Of a stretch of 64,000 nt of DNA, positions 23,941 to 41,000 are shown piece by piece. The stretch spans positions 125,581 through 189,580 of the forward strand of contig RHPI01000008.1 of NCBI GenBank assembly GCA_009103225.1, written 5' to 3'. The position numbers and the translations under genes were made by a program. The notes under the pieces are model-generated. The model was not told the origin of the DNA and made no database searches. It worked only from the letters and a program-made list of their open reading frames with translations. This DNA is from Chlorokybus atmophyticus. Its lineage: Eukaryota > Plantae > Mesostigma and Chlorokybus algae. Position 1 is the stretch's first letter. Each line of letters starts with the position of its first letter.

Positions 23941-24946
23941 ACAGATGGACACTGTAGCGACTTCACCATCGCAGTTTCAGGCGAGCGTTTTGCGAATGGG
24001 CGAAACCTGTTGCTAGCCCTGCTGACTGTTGGCCTTCAATCTTGTGTTGGCACGTTGACTAGCCCAGTCAAAGCTTGTGTGCCTTCTGCAGGACAGGAGT
24101 TCAGGTTCAGCAAGTGGGTTCTGGCAAAACACAGCACGGTATTTGCGGACATGTTTGACTTTTGTCCAAGCTCCGCACGGTTGGAGGCCAGTGACGTGAA
24201 CCCGCAGACATGGAGGTGTTCCTGAACATGCTGAGCACAGTGGACAGAAAACAGGTTGCCCTTCGTAACATGGTGAGCTCAGGTCTGCCTGTATTGCACA
24301 GCCGTGCTAGTATATACCCGCATGCGATCCGATTGTGCATGAGGTTTTAAGGTGTTGCACAGATACCACTTGTGTAATGTGCACGTTGACTGCGGGACCT
24401 GATTGCTGATGTGGCTGCATGTTACATCTAGGTGAGCTGCACCACATGTGAAGCCACATCATGAACTAACATTTGGTCAAGGTACACGTGCTGACCGGTG
24501 CATGCTTTGTTTGCAGGAACAAGCCATGCATGCTGGACCTTGGCCGGAAGTATAATGCTATAAATATACAGCAGCATTGTGAGGAATTTCTTCTGCCGCT
24601 GGCCAAGGTTAATCACCAAACAGCAAAAATTCTCGTAAATTTCCACGCATACGAAATACAGGAGTTGCGCAAGCTTGCCATAGGGCACTTGCAGAACTTT
24701 GATGTTCCTTTGAGTGCCCTTGTAAAAGAAGAGCTGTCCAAATGCAGAGCGGCAACTGTTTGCGACGTTTACCACCAAAGCTGGCTGAATGCAGAGTGCT
24801 CGCGTCTGGTACAGAAGGGGAGTGGTTCAACACCAGACGGCTGGTTTGAGTTCATCACTGATTTTGATATGCGTAAGTTTATTGCCAAGCTTCAGATGAA
24901 CACGTGCACTAATAGCCAGAGTCTTCGGCTGCTTCACAAGTATTGA
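23941..24946 (+). pseudogene. BTB/POZ copy E, probable pseudogene (exons ..23980, 24092-24272, 24517-24946)
   Basis: HCSDFTIAVSG-QEFRFSKWVLAKHSTVFADMF...MLDLGRKYNAINIQQHCEEFLL. One base is missing at ~24200 (GTG AA- CCC GCA GAC ATG vs D: GTG ATG CCC GCA GAC ATG), giving a stop. The exon 3 start is 2 nt short relative to A-D. No in-frame ATG was found. Confidence 0.7.
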
Positions 24947-27009
24947 CTCGGTCTCTCGCTCTACTTTTGAAGTCCCGCTTGCACCCACCCAAGGCCAGAC
25001 TTGCCCTTAGCCCAGTGATTATGGACTAGAGTGAACCCAAGTCATGCTAGTTGGTTTGCTTTCTGATGGAAAGTTTTTATATTGTGCAGGCAAGCTTGCA
25101 TGTAGGTTGGGCAACAAGTGTGTGCAGGTGATCTACTGCTCTATAACAATGGATGGCTGTACTTGGTTCAGATAATGTGTCGTGCAAGTACCCTGGCCAA
25201 AATATACGCCATGGACATGTGCTATCCGATGCAAAGAATGTAGCAACGACCCGTATTTTGAGTTGGTCTCATGCTAACACCTCTTGCACAGCATGCTGTT
25301 TCACGCACATGCACATCTTGTCACGTTTCTCACTTGAGGTTGACTGAATGGAAAATGGGGTTATTAATTCGTGCGCACGCTCATGTATGTCCACGCACCC
25401 CGTACACACACGCTGCAACCGTTCGCTGTGCGAGGGCGTACAAACCAATATGCACACCCACTAGATGCTGTGACAGTAGTCGTGCCCCAACTGTGCACAT
25501 GCTCAGCTGGGCATGAGAAGGCGACCTAGCATCAGAGTTGCGAACTGCGTAAGCAGAGGTTTGCATTGAAAAGAGGCAGTCCAAGGTAGTAAAGCAACAT
25601 GTGTGCGAAAGATTGATGGTGATACAACTGTATGGATGCGTTGCCTGCTGATACAGCCTCCACGTAGCAGCCCAATGCCATTCACACGTCATGGACATGA
25701 TCCGTCACTCCAAGCGTCAGAAATCTGCACATGGGTGTCAACGAGGAGTATCGGGCAGGTAAACAACCTGGTACCTGTTGACTCCCCATACATGCAAGGA
25801 CCGCCATGCTAATTCACACGACTGCCCTGATAAGCTGTTTGATGTGAAGTTGCGTGAACTATGGTTGACCTGGTTGCGAACGGTGATGGCAATGCTGCGA
25901 GCGACTCACCCAAATAGGCACACACACAACATGACAGGCACACACACCTACACACACAGCATTCAGCATTGCATTTGTTGTACACACAAACCTACATACA
26001 ACTACACTCAAACAGACAAGCAGAAATGCAGCTGACGCCGTTTCGTAAGCTCGCATGCAGTGCGGGTTGTTGCTGCTGGCCTTGGCAGAACATCTGATAA
26101 CACAGCACACTCTGTGAGGTTGTCAAGTGATGTGTTTAGTGCTTATGTGCTGCAAGTCGCAGTGTGCATGCAAGTGTAGCCTTCGTCTGCAGACGTGCAC
26201 AGCATGAGTCAATTTATCCATGTGCGCATGTGCGTGCGCAAGGTATGTGCCAGCATACACTTTGCTGTGAGATACAGAGAGTATGAAGGAGGCAATCAAA
26301 TGGAGCAGGTTTGTAGCCACCAACGACAACGACGACCACCACCACCACCACCACCACCACCACCACAATATGCGTGCAAGATAAAGTCGCAAGCCATTCT
26401 AGCAGCACTCTTGCAAACGCTTTCATCATCGTCCTTCACCTCCTGATCCTCGGCCGCACCGTCATCCTCCTCCCGCCGCCGCCGCCGCCGCCGCGCCTGC
26501 TGCCTCTCCACCACCCAGCTGGTCCTAATTTATATACGTTTGTTCCAATCTGGGGCAGGCTCTTGCTCAGGCGGCGGCACAAGGGGAGGAGGAGGAGGAA
26601 GAGGAGCAAGAGGGGGGAGGTGGAGGCGCTGCTGTGTGTGCAGGCGGGTTGCTGACGAGGTGGTGTAGGTCGGTGGGCTTACTTTTGGCGGCTCGAGAGG
26701 GGTTGAGGGGGGTGGCTTTGTGTTGGATGTCTTGTGCAGTAGACGCACGCTGTGTTGCATGAACGTTCGCAGCATGCTTGAATGACTTGTGCTTAATCAG
26801 CTGTCATGCAGTGTACAGTATCCTTGCCAATGTAAGGTCTGTCGCTCGCTACACAATTTGCCAAGTTGCAGTGCAGGAGTATGCCAAGCTTACACGATTG
26901 TTCTCTGTACATGACACATCAGGTTTGGAGTCACGGTAGGAACACCGCTCGACGTGCGCACACAGTCAACCTGCAGGGACCTTCCGTTATACGTGCATGC
27001 TTGCGCGGG

Positions 27010-27040
<31 letters not shown>

Positions 27041-27160
27041 NGGGGGGGGGGGGGGGGGGGGGGGGGGTGAAGGAGTGTCGGCAGCAGTCAAGGGCAGGCA
27101 AGCCAGGCGCACACACACTTACAGAGAGAGAGACGGATAGAGGGAGAGAGGGAGAGAGAG

Positions 27161-28436
27161 ATGTCAAAGAAGAACAGCCAGCAGCTGCGGCGACAAGCCC
27201 ACGCCGCAGCCCTAGCAAGTGAGTGTCTGTCTGTGTTCTGCGTTGTTCCCATCCTTTGTTGCTGTGATCTTTTTGCCATCAATTTCCTTTTCCCTTCTTA
27301 GTTTGACCTCAATCCTTGAACTGCTCTGATTAGCAGCACTCACTTTACTGCTCGCGCTTCTGACTGTTCAAATCAAAAGCACGATCCAGAGTGATTATTG
27401 CTTCTGGACTGTTTCCTCTGACGAAGAGCATATGTCAACGCTCACTGCTTAGGGTTTGTGTGGATCCGCAATGCCATTTGTTGAGAGAAAGAACTCTAAA
27501 ACAAATAAAATTCCAAAATTGGAACAAGCAGAGATTCAGGTTGTTAAGGAGCAGCCAGCCGGAGCCTCAAGATTGTATACCTTTGTTTGGTTGTGTTTTA
27601 GATTAACTCTTTTTGTTGAAGTGCTCTGCGTGGAGCACGTGCATGTATGCAGTATGTCATAATGCATATGCACGTTGTCGGCACAATGTTGTGTTCTCAG
27701 TAGGCAACGGCTGCTGTCATTGGCTAATGTCTGTGCACGTGTGCATTGCAACAGAGGAGAAGGAGTTGCAGCAAAAGGCCGAAGAGAGGAAAAAGAAAAA
27801 GGCTGCCAAGACCGTGAGTGTTCTCATGCTCTTGCACACTGAATCTTGCATGTCTGCATGCAAAAGCATCATACATACTTGCAGAAGTCCGCGCATGCGC
27901 ATCTTGAATTGAACTTTACAACTTCGCAACTCACGTGAGCGAGTGCATATGCATATGCACTCGCGCGCCATGCTTTTTGCGTCATCCAAGGCCTGTGGTG
28001 AGAAACGCCACAGTCGTCATGCTTGGTAGGTAGCTGTCATGCATATGCGTAACTATAGCGGTTCATTCTGCCAACCATCATTGTACTGACCCTGCACACT
28101 AACAATGCACTTCATCACTCCACAGCATGCAACCCTTACACGCAGTCCGCTGACTTGTTGATTTTTGTATGCTGCTCACCATCTCCTTCGCGCCAATTTA
28201 CGCTTGTGATGAATGCACGTGTGATGTATTGCAGCGACAATGATGTTCAACAGTTTATTTCATTCCCTCGCTTGCAGGTTGCCCCTCTGGCGGTGCAGCA
28301 GAAGGTGATCGCGAAGAGGCAACGGCGCAAGGAGGTCAAGCTCGGCAAGAAGAAAGAGGTGGACGCAAAGCCGGCGGGAGGCAAGGCCAAGGCTGCTGCT
28401 AAGACCAAAGCTGCTGCTGCCATGGAACTTGAGTAG
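27161..28436 (+). CDS. Small Lys-rich protein of unknown function, 91 aa (exons 27161-27218, 27755-27813, 28278-28436)
   Basis: Three exons with canonical sites splice into one frame: MSKKNSQQLRRQAHAAALAKEKELQQKAEERKKKKAAKTVAPLAVQQKVIAKRQRRKEVKLGKKKEVDAKPAGGKAKAAAKTKAAAAMELE*. Confidence 0.75.
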
Positions 28437-29273
28437 CCGCGAGAGTTCGTATTGGAAACAAGATTTCTGGGCACACACAACAGGGGTATACGGCACAGGA
28501 AGACATCCACATCCCCCTCCTTGCAAGGCAATAGCATGCAGCTTAGTCACCCACGCCGCGACATCTTGGAGCACTGGCACCACTTGTCTTCCAGCAATGT
28601 TGTTGCATCTATAAAAGTTGGCCTTTTGCTTGTTGTAGTGGCAAGACGCACTGTATAAAGTATACACGCTCAATACGACATGTATCATGATTGGTCAAGT
28701 TTGCCCCACTTGTCGAGATTGCCACTTCATCGCGTGCACCATTTATAATTCGCAGAGCCAGAGCAGCAGGTGTCATTCCCCAGTTCCTAAAGGGTGTTCT
28801 CTCTGGCATGCTTGTAAGACAATGAAGCAGGCCATGAGCGCCTCGGACAGTCTTTACAAACGCTTTGGGTACACAACTGGCATAGCGCAGTACTGGAAGT
28901 TGTCGCCATATCATTGCCGTGCATGCCCTTTGTGCTTCGCGCTGAGTATGAGCAGTAAGCTCTGCCAGTCTGCAGGTGTATGCATTTTTCAGTGCTTGAT
29001 TCTGTGACGTATGACTGGCGTTGAACTTGCAACCCACCATCAGCTTACTCACTTGCTGTGACCAGTGCTTTTTGTTGGTTACTACCCAGAGCGGTCCATG
29101 TCTCCCACTTAAAAGTTTCCACCTGGGGTCTCCACAGCTGAGAGTACCACCTAACCAGTGACAACCGATGTAAAAACAGCAGCAAGTCACACGTAGAACC
29201 TGCACAGCCTATGTGCGTCCACAACAGCAATGCACACTCGCATGCGCACACACGCGCACTTGCGCGCACAAAG

Positions 29274-33411
<4,138 letters not shown>

Positions 33412-34341
33412 GTCTAGCAGGTGTCTTCAGGTTGGCATAGCTTGATGAGCCTCAGCTGAGTCGTGTTGACTGGTCATCATGAGTTTGTACCCAATCAGGG
33501 TTCACGTGCTGTGCACAACGCACAAGCGGGTCAGCGTGACTGCGCACAACTCTCACGCGTTTGTCAACTGATAAAGTTCACCTAACAACAGTGTTGACAA
33601 CAAGGCCACTCGAAACCGGAACAACGTATGCATGCGCATGTGCTGCATGCCATAAGCTCAACAGCAACTGCCCAAGTCCTTACGGTCACGAGAGGAACAG
33701 GTGCAAACGTCCAACGTCCAGTTGCTGTTGGTCAATTTGTGACCCCAACCAGATGACTCAACCACCGGACTTCCTATGTGTAGTGTGCATGCTGGCTAGC
33801 CATAATGGTGTTTATTGCAGGGTGGGCTTGCTTGACGTCTGTTTACGACGCGATACAAATGTTGGCTTGGTATGGGGGTACCAGGCGAACCCGCCTGTTA
33901 CTACTGAAGCAACGTAGTAAGCAAATTTGCTGGCTGCAACGTGGCAGCTGTCCTTGGCCTAGTACAGATGTGAAGCCGACAACTTCTACTGCTACTGCTG
34001 CTGCTGCTGCTTTCAACCGCAAACAGAACGACGACAACAACAACAAGCTGTCCGCATGCTTCAACACCAAAGAATGCTGCACCACAGCTGCAGTTGAGCT
34101 CAATGCACAGATGCACAGCACACAGCACCTGCTTCCTGGTCTGACTCAGCACGCCTTGCTGCTAGGCATCCTGCTTCCTGCTTCCAGCCTGCCTCCATTG
34201 CTGCTATTCACTGGTGCAAGGTGCAACGTGGGATCCTCCCCCAACACAGATCCAGCATCGTCTATGCACTGAATAGCACAGCTGCACACGGCACCATCCA
34301 GCTAGTTCGTCAAGCAATGCTCGTCACCAACTCGCCTGGTG

Positions 34342-34392
34342 TGGGCCTGGTGTGGGCCCTGGCTGCCGCCGCTGTGGCGAAAATGGCGGGAA
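34342..34392 (-). promoter_or_regulatory. Two E2F-like sites (TTCCCGCC 34392-34385, TTTTCGCC 34383-34376) and two site II motifs (TGGGCC at 34342 and 34353) upstream of MCM8
   Basis: Motifs read directly. E2F control of MCM genes is established in plants and animals. Confidence 0.55.
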
Positions 34393-35940
34393 CTTGATAT
34401 AATCACGTTATTGGGCAGTGGTATAAGCATGCCCTTGTCAACTTTGGGTACATGGCATGTTGGCACAACATGGATTGATGTGTTCGGTTGGATGGGGGGG
34501 CTCNNNNNNNNNNNNNNNNNNNNNNNNNNNNNNNNNNNNNNNNNNNNNNNNNNNNNNNNNNNNNNNNNNNNNNNNNNNNNNNNNNNNNNNNNNNNNNNNN
34601 NNNNNNNNNNNNNNNNNNNNNNNNNNNNNNNNNNNNNNNNNNNNNNNNNNNNNNNNNNNNNNNNNNNNNNNNNNNNNNNNNNNNNNNNNNNNNNNNNNNN
34701 NNNNNNNNNNNNNNNNNNNNNNNNNNNGAGATGTCCTGCATTATTCTCGTAGGTACAATAACATGATGTTTGCGCTTGTTGCCCTCATTTAGGTATCATC
34801 CATGTTCAAAGCGCTTTTGTACAAAGCCATGTTGATTGCGTAATATATGATGTTCATGCAGTAAGCGCATTTATACAAGACGGTTATTCATAATTAATGC
34901 ACTAGACATGTCGATCATATGATTATCATTATTATAACACCTGATTCAGTCATTTTTCAGAATTGTATCAACGTGTTTTTATGACAAAGAGGGTGTTCAT
35001 ATGTGACCTACAGATTGTAATAAGCCCAATACGTTTTCATATACCGATATACGTTTATGTAGCCAAGCATCTTAACACATTCACATATTACTACCCCCCT
35101 TTTAATTATGTCAATTCGGTGTACTCTATTGCACGTTGTTTAATGGGTATGATCGGTTTAAGTAAACACACGTGTCCAACCATTGGATGTAACAGATAGG
35201 ATGTAGGGATTGCGGCATGTGCTAGCATTGCCCTTGACATATTGGACTATAGCAGATACATCATACTATGGCATTGTGCACTACATGTGCAGACAATCCA
35301 GACATATAATCGCAATCACTAAAGAGATGTGCAGCACCCTCAATGGCAAGCAATGATGACTGACGGGGTGGTAGAATGAGACTGGAGTAATGAAGGAGTT
35401 GCGTAGCCCGGTGTCAATGTGGTGATTGGCGTATGATGCTCATCTCTTGATCCAAGAATGTGCATTTGCATTCCGCATTTGATGTACAAATGAATTGAGA
35501 ACAGTGGATGCATAATTATTATGAAGTGCATACCTCGGATAGATCCCATCCAGCAGCTCATTTGTTCATCATGTGCAATAAACCCGCGATGTACCAAGCC
35601 AACAACAACACGTGACAGCGCGATGCTGCAACACAGTCAACACAATATACCCTACAAATTTTTACGAGTCGTACTCACTAAGCACCGGCTTCATCCAGGT
35701 AAGCTCCAGCCACGTTCTTCCACACGAGCAATATCAGCATAAGCGGTAGTCCAAACTAGCAACCCAGATGATGAGCAGTCACACAGTACTCAACCCAAGC
35801 TGTTGGACTGCAACACGCAACCTATCTTGCACACTCCACTATCCACACTACCAGTACAAACGGCTGGAACTCACCACCGCCAGCTTGCACCACTGCGGGT
35901 GAGAATGACATGCAGCGCGCAACCAGCCTGGTGATCAACA

Positions 35941-38043
35941 TCATTGGGCAGCTGCAAGCAACGCTGCAGCTTCACCCTTGCGCTTTGCCTCAGAGCCCCG
36001 CTTGCGTTGCAACCTTTTCTTGTTCTGGTCAGCTAGTAATATCTCCGACAACTTGCGCTTCATGACTCGCTCCTGCAGAAATGATGTATCAGCTGCACTG
36101 CAGTCAGGCAACCCAACATCTCCACTTCACTTTATCCAGCCGAATATCAGCTGACTTGTGACACAAGCTGAGTCATACCGCAGTCTCAAACCGCTTCTCA
36201 AAAACGCCAATGAAGCCGTTCATCCATTTGTCAGTGTTGGACTGCCATTCTTGTTGAATGTCCCTGCTTTTCAGCATGACATTCTGCACCACTGACTCCA
36301 ACTGCGCACAAAGTGTAAGGTTCAAACCAGGCTGCCTGCAGGTTGATGCATGACATCATTCACATCACACCAGCATCTCAACATCAACACCGAGACGCGA
36401 GAAGTGACCCACTTGTTTTCCCATCTTCTCCTGCTGCTCCTTAAGCTTCTGCCGCATCTTGCGGATGCCACCTCGCACCTTCAGTTGCTTCTCCTGGCAG
36501 GTTTTGTGTTGTCAGTTTGTGAGCGCAGTCAATGCTGAACTGCATTGGTATTAGCAGTCTAGAAGCTGACTTGGCTGCTTGCAGAAATGCTCTGAACACT
36601 GAACTACTCTGGTGACTACCTTCACAAAGCTGACGTTCAAATCTTTCCGATTGTAGCCTCGTGACAAGTTTCTCAAGACATACTCATTATAGTCTCGCAC
36701 AATGCGCATGATGAGGTCGGATGTTGACACGCCATCTGTGCGATGTGTCTCTTTGAACTTGCCCGCGGCTTTCACCTGCAGGACGCACTGTGAGCGCCTG
36801 CCAGTATTGCAAACAAAGTATTCTGCGTTCACTGAGGTCCACTATTTATGATGGTCTATAACGCAACAAAACTATCCAGCACGAACCAAGCATCGCTCAC
36901 GCTGCTACCACGATTCTGACTTTATCAGCCACGGAGCGATTCACGCAACTTACCCAGCCATACACATCATTGCAGGTGCCAGAAGCGTCTGCATACCTGC
37001 AATGCAACAGAACTCAGAAACTTAGGAGAGTTATGTTGCAGAGACAAGGGCCAGGCACAGCAACTCGGTGAGAAGGAGCCATGCATGCGGTATCAGGAAC
37101 GCTGCTATAGAGACAAGCCTTCTTACGGCAGTGCGTCATGGCAAACAAAGTCGATCTGATGCTCATCCAAGAACTCCTGTGTGATCACCCAAGGGGCATC
37201 TTCGACCACCTCATCAACCCATCTGCATTGCGGGAAATGGTGTTAAAGATGACGGCCAGCCCGGTTTTACACTTGTATGTACAGAGATCAACAGCTAGCA
37301 TTGCATGCCTGTGGCAGCACAATCTTGCACCAAGCAGCAAATCTGTCATTTTCAGGAACGATTTGCATGCGAGTTGCGAGAGCTGCCTGTAAGACATGGC
37401 GATGCTCTGACGTGCTACAAGCAAGACATTGAACTTGTGGGCACTGAGATGACGTACTTGCAATGCCGTAGCGACTCATAGCGTTCCTGCTCAGTCATGA
37501 CCGTCTTGCCTTTGTATTTCCTTGTCAATGCATCGCTACAGCAGCCAACCAACAGATACGTGCTTGGAAACCTGACAAGCCTGTCAGCGGTGGATTGCCA
37601 AAGATAACACGATGCGAGGAATCGAACTGAATTGTGGCCACGTACGAGAGTTTTGCTTGTTGCAAGGCTTTTGCATGGCCAAAGTGGAACAAGTCAAAAA
37701 TCCCGTCCGCATACACCCTCACTGGTCGGTCCTTCGGTGGCTCTTGCATTGGAACATTGCCGGCAGCCTGGGCTGCCGCTGTAGCAGCCTGCACAGCGGC
37801 GTCTGCCTCGCCCTGCTCTTCGTCACCACTGCTAGTGGAAGCATCCTGGCCTTGAAAAGACTCAAAACTGCCACTCCCACTGCCACTGCTCCTGCCACTG
37901 CTGGGGCTACTGCTGGCAGCAGCAGCGTCAGCACCACCGTTACCGTCCGCGTTCTGCTCCGCCACCAGCGCAGTCGCCAACAGCTTCACGTCAGCAGCCA
38001 CGGCTTCGACAGCAGCCTCCTGCAAGCTCCTGGCGTCTGGCAT
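35941..38043 (-). CDS. CCT: Choline-phosphate cytidylyltransferase (CCT), 8 exons
   Basis: [26 protein letters not shown] (HxGH motif), [79 protein letters not shown]. All splice sites are canonical. Confidence 0.92.
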
Positions 38044-41000
38044 GCCTGTACCAGCGCTGTAACGCTCACCACAGGCGACTTCAACGCCAATTACGCCCAG
38101 CAAAAAATTACAAGACTCTACACGACACAACCCGTGGTCGACCACGACAGCTCCGCGAACACCGCCACCGCCGCCGCCCACCTCGTCGCCGTCGTCCCCC
38201 GAATTGCTCAGCTCAGCGTTAGAGCAGCAATTTGCCGTAAATGAGCAGCGTTGCAGCTACAACGCTGTCCTGCGCTCTAGAACGTTTTCCAAACCGTCCG
38301 AACCGTCAGCGTTGTCGTGCGGCGTAACTGTAGAGGAAACACGCGGGGGTTCTGGGGAAAGTTTCTCGCGGTTTCCTCTCAACTCGGCTTGCTCTGGAAA
38401 ATTTGGCGGGGGGTCGCTTTGTCTTGCTGTGGAACGTGCTGCAGCGTTGTGCCGGCTGCACGTGCCGTACAGGGGTTCGCGCCGGCTAGCACCGGCTGCA
38501 ATCACGGCTGCAGGGGATTCTATAGGGCAAGGCGGCTAGATGAGGCGGCTGACCGGCTGCCCGTGCCGGATTCATGGATCTTATGACGGGATTCACGATG
38601 AATCATTCATCATTATGCATTATTCATGGGATTTTGGGATCCAGCTCAAGCCCTCGAAGCGTCGACCAATAGATGGCATAGACCCTCAGCTCCAATCTAT
38701 GAATCAAGGCTTGATTCTGATTATCAAGCTGTGCATCTTGCGGAGTGTCAATCTATCACTAACAGTATTTTACTGTACATCATGATACAGTAACAGACAA
38801 TCATGCAGGCATTCAGCAATTTCAAACCGTTGTCTTACGCGAAAATAAGTCACTTGTATGGTAAATAAAGAGACTTGTGCTTTGTAATAATAAGTAAACG
38901 ATATAATGTTATTACGGTTGTAATCATACAATATTATAGGGTATTATCTAAACTATCAATCCTACTCTCAGATTGTGCGTTGGTATGCGTTGCCATACTT
39001 ACCCGCTTATATATTTTTGTATAAAAGGACCATATTTGATTTATGGTCGTTAAAAATTGTTATGTTACGATATTCATGTTGCTTTGAATAGCGGGTCAAA
39101 GTTTTTGTAGAACTCAATGGCTGATCGGATGATTACAATAGTACACATTATTGTTACAAAGTATGTCTTGTACCATAAGTGGATACGCACATATGCGACA
39201 CACGTATACCATAATAAAAACCGTTTATATGGTTGTAAAAAGTATACAGAGCGTTTGTAATAATTGTAACATATGTTATAATACCGTGCGTATGAACTGT
39301 ACTTGCATGAGTACGAGTGGTATAATAGCCCTTTATGGGCATATCGCAGTTTTTTTAATTTTCGCTAAGGGGGCCTCTATTTATGTAAACATACCATAAC
39401 TGCTGATCCAGCAAACGCAATAGCATTGCCATCACACCCGTAGTCTCCTCCCTCCCCCCTTTATATGTTAAAAAGGGAATAAAGAATCAAGACAAAGTAC
39501 AGTTTATTACCAATGCACATTACTTGTTGCAAGTGATTTTCGATTTGGGTATGCTAAATAACTTGTGATTATACCGAACACGAGCGTATGTCATGCTATA
39601 TATGTGGATTGAAACCACGTAATTATATTATATAATAATCATATCTAGATTGCGTCCATGCATTAGCTGAATATATAACGTACAGGAATTGTATTCTGTG
39701 TCATTTCACCAATTCAAAGCATGTAGGCACCTCTGCCACCAGCTTGGTACGCTGGTAGGTATTACGTTCACAAGTATGCAAGTGCACGCTTTACATGTGT
39801 CACAATAGTGTCAGACATTGAGTTTGCATTATTAATCATCAAGTCATCCATATCTAGCTAACTACAACTTTTACACTGTTTTTAATGATGAGCTGATCAT
39901 AATTGGGCAAAATTATTGCTTGTAATAATGGCATATTAAACATATAAATAAACTTGGATTGAACAAGTTGACTACGTGATTTATTGCCCATTAGTATGCC
40001 ATGATAATGAGTGGTACCTTCATTGTATAAGATTGTACCATAAAAACGCAGTTATAAATACTGTTATGATCAGCATTGTTGCAAGCTCAATGGTGCTCTC
40101 ATATTTAAAAATGCACGGCTTAAAGTAGTGTTATATCCTTAGTACTGCCATAGCCACAACTGTTCCATGCGCATGCACGCATGCATCTATTATTGCATTT
40201 TCAGTATGAAAGACGTTAATATTATTTCATACCATTGAAGTAGTACTTTCATTATTATTTTATAATGTCAAGCACACCTACACTATTGTGTTTCTTATGA
40301 CTGATATTGCTTAATTTGTATCGCATGTCAAACGGCATGCAATTGAAGAGCATTCCATAATTTATGGGATGTTATAAGACAATATGTTACAACATATCAT
40401 ATGCTTTTGAATAATGCGAAAGGATGCGCACATGCATATTGCATCGAATTGGAAGTGACGTGACATTTTTGTACATGCTATTTCATAATAGCTTTACCAG
40501 AAGCCTGTACCAAGATAAGGTACAAAGTTATAAACAACGTGCGCGTAAGGGTTTGGGTCAACTCCCGCTTGATATGCTTGTGATTGCTACATGCTTGCCG
40601 CTGCCTTATCATTAAACCATGCATGTGCGGACTACTTGTGATGCTGCTGCTGCCGTTGTTCGTTGCATGTGTGCTGGCATGTTGTCGAATATGCGCATTG
40701 CACATATGATCTGTGCTCGTTTAGCATATGTGCATGCGTACCGCGGACTACTGACCTACTTATGTAGTCATCTAGCCATGCCTGTGTGCGAGCTATTGAT
40801 GCTGCTTTGCTCTTGCCATTGTTCGTTGCACGTGTGCGTTATGCGCGCTACATGCATGAGGGAATCAGCAGCCACAGTCTCATTGCCCGCTTTTTACATT
40901 GACCAACTATGGCGCTGTAAATACAGATTGGTCTTGTCGTTGCTGTAGTGGGTGAGTGGAAAGACTTTACACCACCCTGTAAGTGTGTTAGCTCGCAACG

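Noticed and set aside
26711-27040. 330-bp exact copy of 21619-21948 ending in (GA)n, resembling a SINE with a tail
   Set aside because: It looks identical by eye and ends at a single-N join. The 21619 copy is supported as genuine by its homology to the flank at 3380-3530. Most likely a mis-join at the (GA)n tract; long reads would settle it.
28609-29205. 198-aa minus-strand ORF after MCM8
   Set aside because: No motif and no ATG start; kept only as a possible MCM8 3' extension.
38257-38505. Possible regulatory uORF upstream of CCT
   Set aside because: It starts at GTG, not ATG. The phosphocholine-responsive conserved uORF is known from PEAMT, not CCT.
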